DNA from: a phage
DNA length: 64,000 nt
Sequence record: PZ452584.1
Strand: one strand, 5' to 3'
Both the position numbers and the translations under genes were made by a program. The first letter of the stretch is position 1; each line of letters opens with the position of its first letter. Below the pieces are notes generated by a model that worked only from the letters and a program-made list of their open reading frames with translations, searched no databases and was not told the origin of the DNA. Shown one piece after another: positions 9,998-19,961 of the stretch.

Positions 9998-10826
9998 TTA
10001 TATATTTCCAATTATAGCCTTCAACACTTTTACGTTCGCCATTTAAACATTTTAAAATATTTCCTTTGCTAGAAATATTAAAATATTTTGCTGCGTCTGG
10101 TATATAATTAAATGTTTTTAAAAGAACACCATCTTTATATGCGCCAAATAAATTAAGAGTATATTTTTCTCGAAGACGCTGATGTTTCCTTTTCATAACC
10201 TCAGGATTTGCATACGCCAACTTCAATGAATTTCTGTGTTTTTCTTTTACTTCAGGTTTTTGCATTGCTAACTTAGTTAGCCTGGAAATTTTATTTCTAA
10301 CTTCGTCAGTTTTCATTGCATTTGACAAATTTAATAAAGTTTTATTTCTAACTTCAGGTTTTTGCATTGCTAACTTAGTTAGTTCTCTATGTCTTTTTCT
10401 AAAATCGTCATCCTTCCATATATTTTTCGATAATTTTGACATAGAGCGGTGAAATAATTCCTTTTCACTGGAATACAATTTAAAAATTTCATCCAATTCA
10501 TCCGCATTAAATCTATCGGTATTCGAGTTTATCATTCTATGAAAGGCATAACACATTTTACTATTGCTTGTTTTAGCTAAATAGTAATGAGCTAACGCAT
10601 GGTCATAATATGACAAATTAACAATATTCCATTTATCTGTTTTATATTCAGGAAATATAGATTTGGGAAGCACGTGATGTGCTTCCGTTTTTCCTTTTAT
10701 TTTAGGATTATTATAATTTTTTGTTATCAAATCAACATATGACAATAGTAAATCATTATTTTCTTCAAATATTAAAGCTAATTTATCATTCACAAAATCG
10801 CAAGGATAAAATCTATCATAATTCAT
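9987..10826 (-). mobile_element. Free-standing HNH homing endonuclease gene (Mob-like), copy 2, inserted between nrdD and nrdG
   Basis: 279 aa; GKTEAHHVLPKSIFPEY motif shared with ORF 1450-2304; first 13 codons (MNYDRFYPCDFVN) duplicate the nrdG N-terminus; perfect 32-bp tandem repeat inside. Confidence 0.65.
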
Positions 10827-12640
10827 TGGTGTTTAACCCTATGCATGATTTCTTTATTTTTACCGAGATTAAATCCGCGTTCGTTCGGGTTTCCAAGATA
10901 TCCGCATGTTCTTCTTATTGTATTCATCTTTTTAGGATCAGTTTCTCCACAAATAGAACAAACAAATCCGTTTTCAGTAGGAGTCATTTCATGGGTACTT
11001 CCACATGTAAAACATTTATCTACTGGCATATTAACACCAAAATAATCTAAATGTTGTGCAGCATAATCCCATACGGCCTCAAGGCCTTTTAGGTTATTTT
11101 TCATATCAGGAAGTTCAACATAAGAAATGTGACCACCTGTCGCAATGAAATGATATGGTGCTTCACGAGAAATTTTTTCAAACGGAGTAATATTTTCTTC
11201 TACTGAAACGTGGAAACTGTTAGTGTACCATCCTTTATCAGTAACATCCTTTACACTTCCATATTTTTCGGTATCGAGTTTACAGAAGCGATAACAAAGG
11301 TTTTCAGCAGGAGTAGAATACAAACTAAAAGCAAATCCGGTTCTTTCAGTCCACTGTTTAAGATGGGCATTCATTTTAGTTAAAATTTCTTGTCCAATAT
11401 CACGACCGGCAAGAATATTCAATTCGTGAATACCAATGTATCCTAGAGACACTGAACTTCTACCGTTTTTAAATAACTCAATTATGTCGTCATCAGGTTT
11501 AAGACGAACCCCGAATGCACCTTCTTGGTAAAGAATAGGAGCAACAGTAGCTTTAACTCCTTTTAAGGAACTAATTCTACACATCAAGGCTTCAAAACAT
11601 AAATCCATTCGTTCATTGAACAATTCGATAAATTTCTGTTCATTGAACTGTGTTCCAATATAAGAATCTAACGCAATACGAGGAAGATTCAGTGTTACAA
11701 CACCGAGATTATTACGTCCATCAAGAATTTCATTGCCAGTCGAATCTTTCCATACGCTCAAGAAACTACGACAACCCATTGGAGAAACAGGAATAGATGA
11801 GCCGGTGATAGCTTTATTGTTCTTAGCTGAAATAATATCAGGATACATTCTTTTGCTTGCGCACTCTAGAGCAAGCTGTTTAATATCATAGTTCGGATCG
11901 TCTTTATAAAGATTAACACCTTCTTCAACGAACATAACAAGCTTAGGGAAAATAGGAGTTATCCCATCACGACCGAGACCTTTAATACGATTTTTCAGAA
12001 TTGCTTTCTGAATCATTCGTTCAGTCCAGTCAGTTCCTGTACCAAATGTAATTGTTACAAAAGGTGTTTGTCCGTTTGAACTAAAGAGAGTATTTACTTC
12101 ATATTCATAAGCTTGGAATGCATCGTATACGTCTTTTTCTGTTTTAGATTGGGCATAATTCAGTGCATCGGCGATTTGCCATTTTTCTGCGTCCTCGATA
12201 TGTTTTGCATAGGTGCGTTTAACATAAGGAGAAAGTACTTTATCTACATTCGCAAAAGTCGTTCCGCCGTATTGGTGAGAAGCAACCTGTGCGGTAATTT
12301 GTGCCATAATTGCAGTAGCAACGCCAATTGATTTAGGAGTTTCAATCTGCGCATTACCAAGCTTAAATCCGTTCTCAAGCATTCCTTTTAAATCTACTAA
12401 ACAGCAATTAGTAAATGGAAGAGCAGGGGAATAATCAATATCATGAAAATGAATAATTCCGCTTTCATGCGCTTTCATAATAAAAGACGGGACCATATTT
12501 TTGGCAATGTGTTTAGACACAATACCAGCCATAAGGTCCCGTTGAGTTGGAAAAACACGAGAATCTTTGTTAGCATTCTCGTTTAAAAGGTCTTTATTAG
12601 TTTTATGAATCAATCCTTCAATTTCTTTTTCAATTGTCAT
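10823..12640 (-). CDS. nrdD: Anaerobic ribonucleoside-triphosphate reductase (glycyl-radical enzyme), uninterrupted
   Basis: 605-aa continuous ORF with C-terminal zinc ribbon and glycyl-radical region (...RRTCGYLGNP...). Confidence 0.95.
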   Translation of the reverse strand: MTIEKEIEGLIHKTNKDLLNENANKDSRVFPTQRDLMAGIVSKHIAKNMVPSFIMKAHESGIIHFHDIDYSPALPFTNCCLVDLKGMLENGFKLGNAQIETPKSIGVATAIMAQITAQVASHQYGGTTFANVDKVLSPYVKRTYAKHIEDAEKWQIADALNYAQSKTEKDVYDAFQAYEYEVNTLFSSNGQTPFVTITFGTGTDWTERMIQKAILKNRIKGLGRDGITPIFPKLVMFVEEGVNLYKDDPNYDIKQLALECASKRMYPDIISAKNNKAITGSSIPVSPMGCRSFLSVWKDSTGNEILDGRNNLGVVTLNLPRIALDSYIGTQFNEQKFIELFNERMDLCFEALMCRISSLKGVKATVAPILYQEGAFGVRLKPDDDIIELFKNGRSSVSLGYIGIHELNILAGRDIGQEILTKMNAHLKQWTERTGFAFSLYSTPAENLCYRFCKLDTEKYGSVKDVTDKGWYTNSFHVSVEENITPFEKISREAPYHFIATGGHISYVELPDMKNNLKGLEAVWDYAAQHLDYFGVNMPVDKCFTCGSTHEMTPTENGFVCSICGETDPKKMNTIRRTCGYLGNPNERGFNLGKNKEIMHRVKHQ

Positions 12641-13110
12641 TTTAAACTCTTTCTAAGCTGCTTCTTAAATGAAGCTATTAATTGTGTTTTGGTGTCAGAT
12701 TCATTATATTCAAATCCTCTTTGAAGCATCTCGGCCATCATTTCCTCTTTTCCTAAACGAGAAAATTCCTTTGATTTATCTCCAACAAAGTTAGGGTGAA
12801 TATTATTTTGGGTGTAATCGGATTTTAAATAAGTAAGTAAATTTTCTAACCATTCAAGATAATCAACACCTTGTCCCTTTAAGCCAGAACGATTAAATTT
12901 ATGCTTCATTTGACCTTCTGCGGCATTGCAGAGATTACAAAGCAATCCACGCACCTTTCCTGCTTTTGGTCCATTTAATTCATGGTCATGGTCGAGGTGA
13001 TTAGCTTGAACGTCAGGATTTAGTTCTCGTTGGCAAATTAAGCATTTACCGTTTTGTGCATCATAAAATTTCTGTTTTTCTTCTTTATATAATTTGCCAG
13101 TCAATAACAT
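12637..13110 (-). CDS. 49: Endonuclease VII (Holliday-junction resolvase)
   Basis: 157 aa, CLICQRELNP...HLDHDH...CNLCN motifs, recognised as T4 gp49. Confidence 0.9.
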   Translation of the reverse strand: MLLTGKLYKEEKQKFYDAQNGKCLICQRELNPDVQANHLDHDHELNGPKAGKVRGLLCNLCNAAEGQMKHKFNRSGLKGQGVDYLEWLENLLTYLKSDYTQNNIHPNFVGDKSKEFSRLGKEEMMAEMLQRGFEYNESDTKTQLIASFKKQLRKSLK

Positions 13111-13151
13111 AATAAACCCTTACCTTAAATAGATAAGGGTATTTATTATTT

Positions 13152-13655
13152 TCAAGTATTGTAAAACATTTGATTCAATCGCTTATATTGCCGAATCTTT
13201 TGGTCAGAAAAAGAAATTTGAGTTTCAAGCCATTCAATATATTCTGCCGCAGCTTGCATCAAATTTCCTTCATAACCATCGTTATTTTCTTGTGCAGCTA
13301 ATTTAGCTAATGCATATGAAATACGTTCACCTTGAAAATCGGCTTTAGGCTTCTGAACAACTTGATTAGTTCGCTCTACAACTTCTTCAATTTCGCCATT
13401 TTCGACTGATTCAGTATTCCACAAGCACCAATACGTAATTGGCTTATCGTAGATGTTAATAATCTTTCCATCAGAAAGTTCAATTTCAATAATTCCAGTA
13501 TCAGGCTCTATATCATCTTCACATTCTTTTGCAAGTTCACGAACTTTAAAGACAGTACCTGCACTAAGTTCCGGCCAGTAATTACATAGCCCTGTATCAG
13601 CACGATTAATTCTAAACCACTTATCTACTGTAATCATGTCCCATCTCCATATCAA
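13152..13655 (-). CDS. Hypothetical protein at the pin position
   Basis: 167-aa ORF (161 aa from internal Met) immediately downstream of gene 49; identity to T4 Pin not verifiable from sequence alone. Confidence 0.4.
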   Translation of the reverse strand: MIWRWDMITVDKWFRINRADTGLCNYWPELSAGTVFKVRELAKECEDDIEPDTGIIEIELSDGKIINIYDKPITYWCLWNTESVENGEIEEVVERTNQVVQKPKADFQGERISYALAKLAAQENNDGYEGNLMQAAAEYIEWLETQISFSDQKIRQYKRLNQMFYNT

Positions 13656-13759
13656 TTAAGTCATTTATCGTTGGTTCATTATATACTGTTTCTTCATCAG
13701 TGTAAACCGGTTCTTCCGGCTCTGGCTCTACAGTTTCCCATCTAACCGCCCACCAGGGT

Positions 13760-13954
13760 TTAACCCCGAAGCTTATTAAGTTCTTCATAATCAATCCAGG
13801 ATTCTAATCCTGATGGCAAATCAGATTCAATTTCCCAAAGAAGTTCTTCAATTTTCTGAAGACGATCTAATTCTTCAGCTGGAATAGTAACCATTGATGG
13901 AGTTCTTGATACACTAATATCGTAAATCATATTTACCCCAGCTTGACCATGCAA
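13760..13954 (-). CDS. Hypothetical small protein
   Basis: Track ORF. Confidence 0.3.
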   Translation of the reverse strand: MHGQAGVNMIYDISVSRTPSMVTIPAEELDRLQKIEELLWEIESDLPSGLESWIDYEELNKLRG

Positions 13955-14148
13955 TCACCGTATTTCCACTTAGAAATAGACTTTTCGCCATTAGAATAAT
14001 AAACTTCAAGTTTAGCACGGTTATTTTTAATTTGAATAACCTTGGCTGTCATCAAAGTTCCATACCCATAGTAAACTGCAACTTCATCACCTACATATAC
14101 CGCGCTTCCGCGGTAATCGTGAATATAGTCAGTTCCTTCGAGCATCAT
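13933..14148 (-). CDS. Hypothetical small protein
   Basis: Track ORF. Confidence 0.3.
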   Translation of the reverse strand: MMLEGTDYIHDYRGSAVYVGDEVAVYYGYGTLMTAKVIQIKNNRAKLEVYYSNGEKSISKWKYGDCMVKLG

Positions 14149-14408
14149 TTAAAATATTCCCGCAATTGGTCAAAGCCGCCAATATGACTTCCATCAGGAG
14201 CAAATACCTGAGGCATTGTCAAGCCGATTTGAGTATCACGACCTAGTTTAGTCAGAAGCTCAGCGATTTTCTCATCATCAAAAACACCTTTTTCCGGCAT
14301 AATGTTGATAAATTCAAACGGCTGTTTCTTCACGGTCAAAAGACGTTTTGCATTATCGCAATACACACATTTATGGATGTTGCTATCATAACCATATACT
14401 TTAAACAT
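14145..14408 (-). CDS. nrdC: Thioredoxin/glutaredoxin NrdC
   Basis: 87 aa, CVYC active site, recognised as T4 NrdC. Confidence 0.9.
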   Translation of the reverse strand: MFKVYGYDSNIHKCVYCDNAKRLLTVKKQPFEFINIMPEKGVFDDEKIAELLTKLGRDTQIGLTMPQVFAPDGSHIGGFDQLREYFK

Positions 14409-14409
14409 A

Positions 14410-14667
14410 TTATTCCTTAATTCCTAGTACTTGTTTAAAAGTCTCGTCGTAATCAAGACTTTGGCCCGTTTGTTCTTTATGTTTGTATATAATATCACTT
14501 ACTTCTGATAGCATATTTTTATATGAACGAGTTAAAGCAGATTTAAGCACGCTGTATCTATCAGGAAATTTACCGTGTTCATTATAATAAGCTATTGCTA
14601 ATTCACGGACTGCCTTTTCGGCAGTCTCCATATATTCTTTACGCTTTGTCATTTTCTTCTCGGTCAA
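14410..14667 (-). CDS. Hypothetical protein
   Basis: Track ORF. Confidence 0.4.
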
Positions 14668-14956
14668 ATCGGTGTTTACAATGGCGACATTTATAACGAA
14701 GATTATTAGTCTGCCAATGGACTAATTGCACCTGTTCAGTTCCACATTCAGGGCAATTAGGAACGTTTTTAGAAGCTCTTTCACGTCGCTCAACCATAAC
14801 CATAATAGCGTCCCAGGCTGGCGGTTTAAAATCTAAATCGTCACAACCATGAATCTTTCCACGCATTTCCAAATCGTCTTCTTCACCAGCCATAATAATT
14901 TTAATTAGACTAGAATTACTTGAAGCTGCAATATCTTCTAATAAACGCTTTTTCAT
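14639..14956 (-). CDS. Hypothetical zinc-ribbon protein
   Basis: C-terminal CPECG...(16 aa)...CRHCKH pair of Cys motifs. Confidence 0.4.
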
Positions 14957-15879
14957 TTCAATACCTCAATAGCATTACGTAAACCATTTGCTTTGGCGGT
15001 TAAAGTCTTAAGAACTTTAGTATGCTCTTCAATCTGTTTTTCAACTTCAATCAAACGGGCACTGAGATATTCGCGTTCTTCTTTCATATTATCATTCCCA
15101 TGATTGGGCTTTGGCGTAGGTTTAAATTTATTAGGGTCCTTTAACTTAATAACAACTTTAGTTTCAAACAGTGAAAGACCATAATTCGTATTATCATCAA
15201 AGGATTCAACTACGTCCATTTTAGACAATAACGTATGAAGATTATAAGTCAAAGAACGAATCGTTTTATTATGTTTATTAGCTTCACATGGTTTCATATA
15301 TGGAAGATTTTTATATATTTCATGCGGAGCACAAACAATAATTGACAATTCAAATGGTCCATTCTGTGATGATGGAATGAATTTAGCCGTAACCCAATCT
15401 TTTACATTTACATTAATAGTACGATCATCGCCATGACAAAACAGTCTACGAGAATGCTTAAAAAGCATATTCACATTATTATTAAATTCGTGTGAAAACT
15501 CACTGGCAAATTTTTCTTTACTATTTTTAGAAAACCATTCTTCTAAATAAGTTCTTTTCACGTCATTAATAATATTAAATGTAACAACATTATCATTTGA
15601 TACATTAGTCTCAATGTAGCTTGGATACATAAATTTTTTAACATTATTAACAGCTATCACAGAAGATAGTAATCGGGAACGTTTGAACCACTCGAGCAAA
15701 GAACCAAGAGAATGTGAATACGCATTTTGTGTATCTTTACAAATATGGTTTTCCCATCCAATATAGTCTAAAAAATCACGAAGAATATTATTGATTACTG
15801 CTCTGTGTCCTATCTGATAATTACGATGTTTAGTAATAAGACTGTCAAAATAATCAATATAATGTTTACGAGTTTTCAT
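14953..15879 (-). CDS. Hypothetical protein with C-terminal coiled coil
   Basis: 308 aa; last ~40 aa strongly helical/heptad-like (EEREYLSARLIEVEKQIEEHTKVLKTL...). Confidence 0.5.
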   Translation of the reverse strand: MKTRKHYIDYFDSLITKHRNYQIGHRAVINNILRDFLDYIGWENHICKDTQNAYSHSLGSLLEWFKRSRLLSSVIAVNNVKKFMYPSYIETNVSNDNVVTFNIINDVKRTYLEEWFSKNSKEKFASEFSHEFNNNVNMLFKHSRRLFCHGDDRTINVNVKDWVTAKFIPSSQNGPFELSIIVCAPHEIYKNLPYMKPCEANKHNKTIRSLTYNLHTLLSKMDVVESFDDNTNYGLSLFETKVVIKLKDPNKFKPTPKPNHGNDNMKEEREYLSARLIEVEKQIEEHTKVLKTLTAKANGLRNAIEVLK

Positions 15880-15931
15880 GTTCTTCTCACTTGGTTAATG
15901 ATTTATACTCCGAGCCATCCTTGGCTTTAAA

Positions 15932-16984
15932 TTACTTAATTAACTGTAAAGCTTGTTCCAAACTATCAAGACGATTAACAGATTCTTCCCAAATCCTTTT
16001 AGCCTGCTCATATTCTTTCTGCGCTTTATTAGAAATTTCTAGAGCTTCTTTATAAGCTTTTTCTAATGCAATAACTTCTGGACGAATTTCTACCGGTTCA
16101 GGTGAATCATCAAGATTATCCATTAGTTCCTCAAGGGTAGTTTCTTCTTTAGGAGTATTCACAATTTCATCACATTTTTGTTGGTAAATTTCTTTATCAG
16201 TAGGTGAGTACGCGCACTTTACTTCACGAAGACTAATTACAATTTTATATCCTTCCCAGCCGCATATATTCTTAAAAGGATATGTATGAATATTTTCTAC
16301 TGTTTCCATACAAAGTAATGCGGTCTCTAATTGACGAGTTATAGTGCTAGCAATTGAGAAAAATTTATTAATGTTCTTTTGGTTAGTTTCTGGTGTAAAA
16401 AATCCATAATTCACAAAAATAGATACTTTATTTTTATCAAGTTCATATTCTTTTATGATAATCATATCAGAAGCCAAAGGATGAATTTGACGATAATCGC
16501 CATAACATAATTTAGAAGCTGATTTTAGAATCTGTCCTTTGAAAAGTCTGAAATTACTAATCCAACGACGAGTAAAAATATTCTCAGGGTCTTCTTTATT
16601 ATTAAGATGATAAGAATTAACATCACCGAACCAATTATATCCTACTACATCTTTGGTTCGTTTAATTTCTTTCCCAAAATTACCAAGAATATCCCGATTA
16701 ACCAAATATGAAAGAAGACGAGACTCTTTAAAGGTTTTCTTGATAACATCTTTATCTACACGGCTAGAAATTTTACGAATTTCATGAATAAATTTAGTAG
16801 AAGAAACAATACTTGCATCAACACTATTGAGCCATTGATTGATAATAGAAAGAACGATATTTTGACCAAACATCGGTATAGCTTTATCATCAATAACGCT
16901 ATTGAATGATTTGATATATTCGTTACGAGTCATATTAATCTCCTCAGTAGAAAGTAAGAACATTATACCACATCCTTGTGGCAA
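15932..16984 (-). CDS. Hypothetical protein with C-terminal coiled coil (start probably at internal Met near 16933)
   Basis: Promoter-like sequence overlaps the first 17 codons of the track ORF; C-terminus LEKAYKEALEISNKAQKEYEQAKRIWEE... Confidence 0.5.
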   Translation of the reverse strand: MPQGCGIMFLLSTEEINMTRNEYIKSFNSVIDDKAIPMFGQNIVLSIINQWLNSVDASIVSSTKFIHEIRKISSRVDKDVIKKTFKESRLLSYLVNRDILGNFGKEIKRTKDVVGYNWFGDVNSYHLNNKEDPENIFTRRWISNFRLFKGQILKSASKLCYGDYRQIHPLASDMIIIKEYELDKNKVSIFVNYGFFTPETNQKNINKFFSIASTITRQLETALLCMETVENIHTYPFKNICGWEGYKIVISLREVKCAYSPTDKEIYQQKCDEIVNTPKEETTLEELMDNLDDSPEPVEIRPEVIALEKAYKEALEISNKAQKEYEQAKRIWEESVNRLDSLEQALQLIK

Positions 16985-16990
16985 AGTAAA

Positions 16991-18010
16991 CTAGTTCAGT
17001 GCATTTAGTGCATTGTTCAGTTTAGAACGTTGCTTTGTCAGATTTTGAACCCTTGACTGAGCTTGTTCTAACACCTTTTCAGCTTCTAGCACTTCATTGG
17101 TCGCTTTAACGAGTTCATCATCTACTGCCTTAAGAGACTTCTCAATCGCGTCAGCGTGCCATTTTTCTACAGGTTTAAAATTTGAATTTTCAGTAGGAAG
17201 AAAACTCACTTTATTAAGTTTACATGCATCTATATTGCTTGAGCTATACATCCAAAATTTAGGATCGTTTGATAAGTAATTGGATAAATTTAAGTTATCT
17301 TGCACTTCCTGCTTTTTCTCTTGCGGGACTTCGTCCTTTCTCAAAAAATCGTATTTAAATGAAACGATCATATCAAGTTCATATGATGTTGTATCTAACT
17401 TAAATCGTTCAAAACGAGGTAAAATCTTAGATTGAACAGCAGCAACAACATCCATATACTTAAATGCTTCTGTCAATTGTGATTTAAGGCATTCACAAAT
17501 TGAAAGAGAATTTTTTGTATTAGGTTTAAAGCTAATTCGTGCAGTTCTATTATTTTCTTTTAACGGTCTTACTTCCATCTGAAGAGTATAACCATCAAAT
17601 TTCAGGTTCTTTAAGTTAATATCAGAGCCTTTTAATCGACTAGCAGTAGACAAAATTTGCTTTAATTGTCTACGGAACAGAGCAATAAATCTCCATTCAA
17701 TACGATAATGATTTGGATTGAAAAATCCAGATGATAAATCGACCTTACTTTGACCAACGCCTTGAACAAATAGAGGATTTTTATAATCAATAGTTTTACA
17801 GAAATCGGTGAGCTGCTCACGAGCAGTTATTTGTGTAATATACCCCGCTTTACTAAAATGACGTAACCATTCACTGTTGTTCATATATTTAAAGTGAATA
17901 TCACGATTAACTTTATCAGGGTCTAAATTATTTTGGCACAAAAATGTCATAACATCACGAGTATAGCTGGCATTACGAACCATATCTTCAATTTGAGAAC
18001 GAGTTTTCAT
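16991..18010 (-). CDS. Hypothetical protein with C-terminal coiled coil
   Basis: 339 aa; C-terminus ...EVLEAEKVLEQAQSRVQNLTKQRSKLNNALNALN. Confidence 0.5.
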   Translation of the reverse strand: MKTRSQIEDMVRNASYTRDVMTFLCQNNLDPDKVNRDIHFKYMNNSEWLRHFSKAGYITQITAREQLTDFCKTIDYKNPLFVQGVGQSKVDLSSGFFNPNHYRIEWRFIALFRRQLKQILSTASRLKGSDINLKNLKFDGYTLQMEVRPLKENNRTARISFKPNTKNSLSICECLKSQLTEAFKYMDVVAAVQSKILPRFERFKLDTTSYELDMIVSFKYDFLRKDEVPQEKKQEVQDNLNLSNYLSNDPKFWMYSSSNIDACKLNKVSFLPTENSNFKPVEKWHADAIEKSLKAVDDELVKATNEVLEAEKVLEQAQSRVQNLTKQRSKLNNALNALN

Positions 18011-18018
18011 GGTGTTCC

Positions 18019-18933
18019 TTAAGATTTAAGTAAATCAACAATTTTAATTAACTTTTCACGCTCAGATTTAGCTTTACTACTCAATCCAGATAGTCTGAAA
18101 ATTTCATCATCATATTGTTGAATAGAAATATTCAGCTCTTCAATTTGCTTATTAAAATAATCAATTTGTTCAGAATGTTTTTCGTTACTACGAACTGGTA
18201 CAGGTTTTGTAGGCAATTTAGTTGAACTGAATTCATCCGGGTGATAAATTAAAATACAACTTGAACCAATAGGGCATTTTGCACCAGATGAATATTCTAA
18301 TGTTCCGGCTTCTTTTAAAACTTCAAAAGCTAAACAGAGATGATGCCCCATATTAACATAATCTGTAGAGTGAGCTCTGACGTAATAATCATCTCCACGA
18401 GTGCTAAATTTAAAGCATTTAAGGTCTTCTGTATTATTAGTTTTAAAAATCATTTGTTTATCTAGACCTTTAGCCAATCGAGCACCTAATGCTAATAATC
18501 GTCGTTGATTTTCCCACAAATCCGCAATCATTTGATCGAATGATAATTTTGGCATTAGTCGACCATAAAGGTCATATCCTTTATTATAATTACGAAGGAT
18601 TTCACTCGCGTTAATACGAGACAATGCTCCAATTTTATTAAGGGCTTTCATAATGCGATTAGATAAACTCATTCCAGATCCGTTTGTTCGCTGTAAATGT
18701 TTTTCTAATCCAAATCCAATATCAACTTTAAACTTATCTAAAATTTCGGCGTGAACATCTCTGTCAATAACATTCAAATCCAAAGTTGTGTTAAATCTAT
18801 GAAAAAATTTATCTGGCTCTCCACGACGAAATACAGTCCATTCATTCATCATTTTTTTATTAACTAAAGATTTAATTACTGCATTGACATTATTAATTAC
18901 TACTGACATATTTTCCTCACTCAATTTTACCAA
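18019..18933 (-). CDS. Hypothetical protein with C-terminal coiled coil
   Basis: 304 aa; C-terminus ...QIEELNISIQQYDDEIFRLSGLSSKAKSEREKLIKIVDLLKS. Confidence 0.5.
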   Translation of the reverse strand: MVKLSEENMSVVINNVNAVIKSLVNKKMMNEWTVFRRGEPDKFFHRFNTTLDLNVIDRDVHAEILDKFKVDIGFGLEKHLQRTNGSGMSLSNRIMKALNKIGALSRINASEILRNYNKGYDLYGRLMPKLSFDQMIADLWENQRRLLALGARLAKGLDKQMIFKTNNTEDLKCFKFSTRGDDYYVRAHSTDYVNMGHHLCLAFEVLKEAGTLEYSSGAKCPIGSSCILIYHPDEFSSTKLPTKPVPVRSNEKHSEQIDYFNKQIEELNISIQQYDDEIFRLSGLSSKAKSEREKLIKIVDLLKS

Positions 18934-19318
18934 TTACGCGGAATAAGATTGAACAGACTATATAAGTACCACATATAGATTGAACTAATGCCATTCCAAA
19001 GAACCAAACAATATTATCAAACCATGTCTGTTTTACGTCGAAAGGACGTAAACTTACAGTAATATTATCACCTTTTTCTATTGAAGAATACATCTCTGGG
19101 GAAATATATTCACTAAATCTATAACCGTCTTTGAGTTCATATACAGCAATAAACGATAAACTAGACCCCTTTCCTTGAGTTCCTGTAAGGGTATTAACTA
19201 CAGTAACATCATAATCTTTATAATGCATATAATCATTAATTGCGTAATAACCATATGCAATTACTATACATAAACAACATATCAATAAATTCAATCTTTT
19301 AATTATCAACTGTTTCAT
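18917..19318 (-). CDS. Hypothetical membrane protein
   Basis: 133 aa with N- and C-terminal hydrophobic segments. Confidence 0.4.
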   Translation of the reverse strand: MKQLIIKRLNLLICCLCIVIAYGYYAINDYMHYKDYDVTVVNTLTGTQGKGSSLSFIAVYELKDGYRFSEYISPEMYSSIEKGDNITVSLRPFDVKQTWFDNIVWFFGMALVQSICGTYIVCSILFRVIGKIE

Positions 19319-19373
19319 AATAATCTCAATTAAAAGGGCTTAGAACCATTATACCATCCTTGGTATAAAGCGG

Positions 19374-19901
19374 TTATGCGAGTACCGTCTTTAACCGTTC
19401 TTCAAACTTCCGAAGAGTGTTCTGGCGTTCAGCTCTTTGCTTTTTGTAAGTTTCAATACGCTCTGAAATGAGAGTGTATCGTTCATTTACTGATTCTTTC
19501 ATAAAATCAGGAATTTCACGAGAAGCTTTAATCTCGTCAAATTTATCAATAACAGCTTGCTCTTCAGCAATTAAGTTATCATACATCAAAATATCTTTCT
19601 TGATGAACTCAATATCTTCTTGAGTTACACGAGATAATTTAGATGCTTTATCCTTTTTGTACTGTTCGTTAGTATCACGAGACCAGTGTAATGTACGATT
19701 TTTATTCGTATTTTTGTAAATTTCTACAATACCAATCTCATCGATAATAACGATCCAATTCCAACGGGATTTATAAATTTGTCCTCCATCAACCGTGATT
19801 TCACCTCCGATTGAGATGTCATTAAAGAACTTGCTTTGTGCTTCAGATTTAAATTTACCATCGTTGTAATTTACCAGGTTGAAAATATCTTTAGCATTCA
19901 T
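19374..19901 (-). CDS. Hypothetical protein
   Basis: Track ORF 19374-19961 trimmed to the Met (MNAKDIF...) downstream of the promoter at 19925-19960. Confidence 0.45.
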   Translation of the reverse strand: MNAKDIFNLVNYNDGKFKSEAQSKFFNDISIGGEITVDGGQIYKSRWNWIVIIDEIGIVEIYKNTNKNRTLHWSRDTNEQYKKDKASKLSRVTQEDIEFIKKDILMYDNLIAEEQAVIDKFDEIKASREIPDFMKESVNERYTLISERIETYKKQRAERQNTLRKFEERLKTVLA

Positions 19902-19924
19902 TTTCTGTTCCTCCGTAGTTGATA

Positions 19925-19960
19925 GTTGTATAGTACCACAGAGGAACGGTCTTGTAAACA
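19925..19960 (-). promoter_or_regulatory. Early promoter-like element (-35 GTTTAC, -10 region within tatagtaccacag)
   Basis: Plus-strand gttgatagttgtatagtaccacag...cttgtaaaca; same motif recurs at 21365, 26000, 37440. Confidence 0.5.
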
Positions 19961-19961
19961 A

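Noticed and set aside
10823-12640. Group I intron within nrdD
   Set aside because: The 605-codon frame is continuous with no insertion; no intron-like interruption detected.
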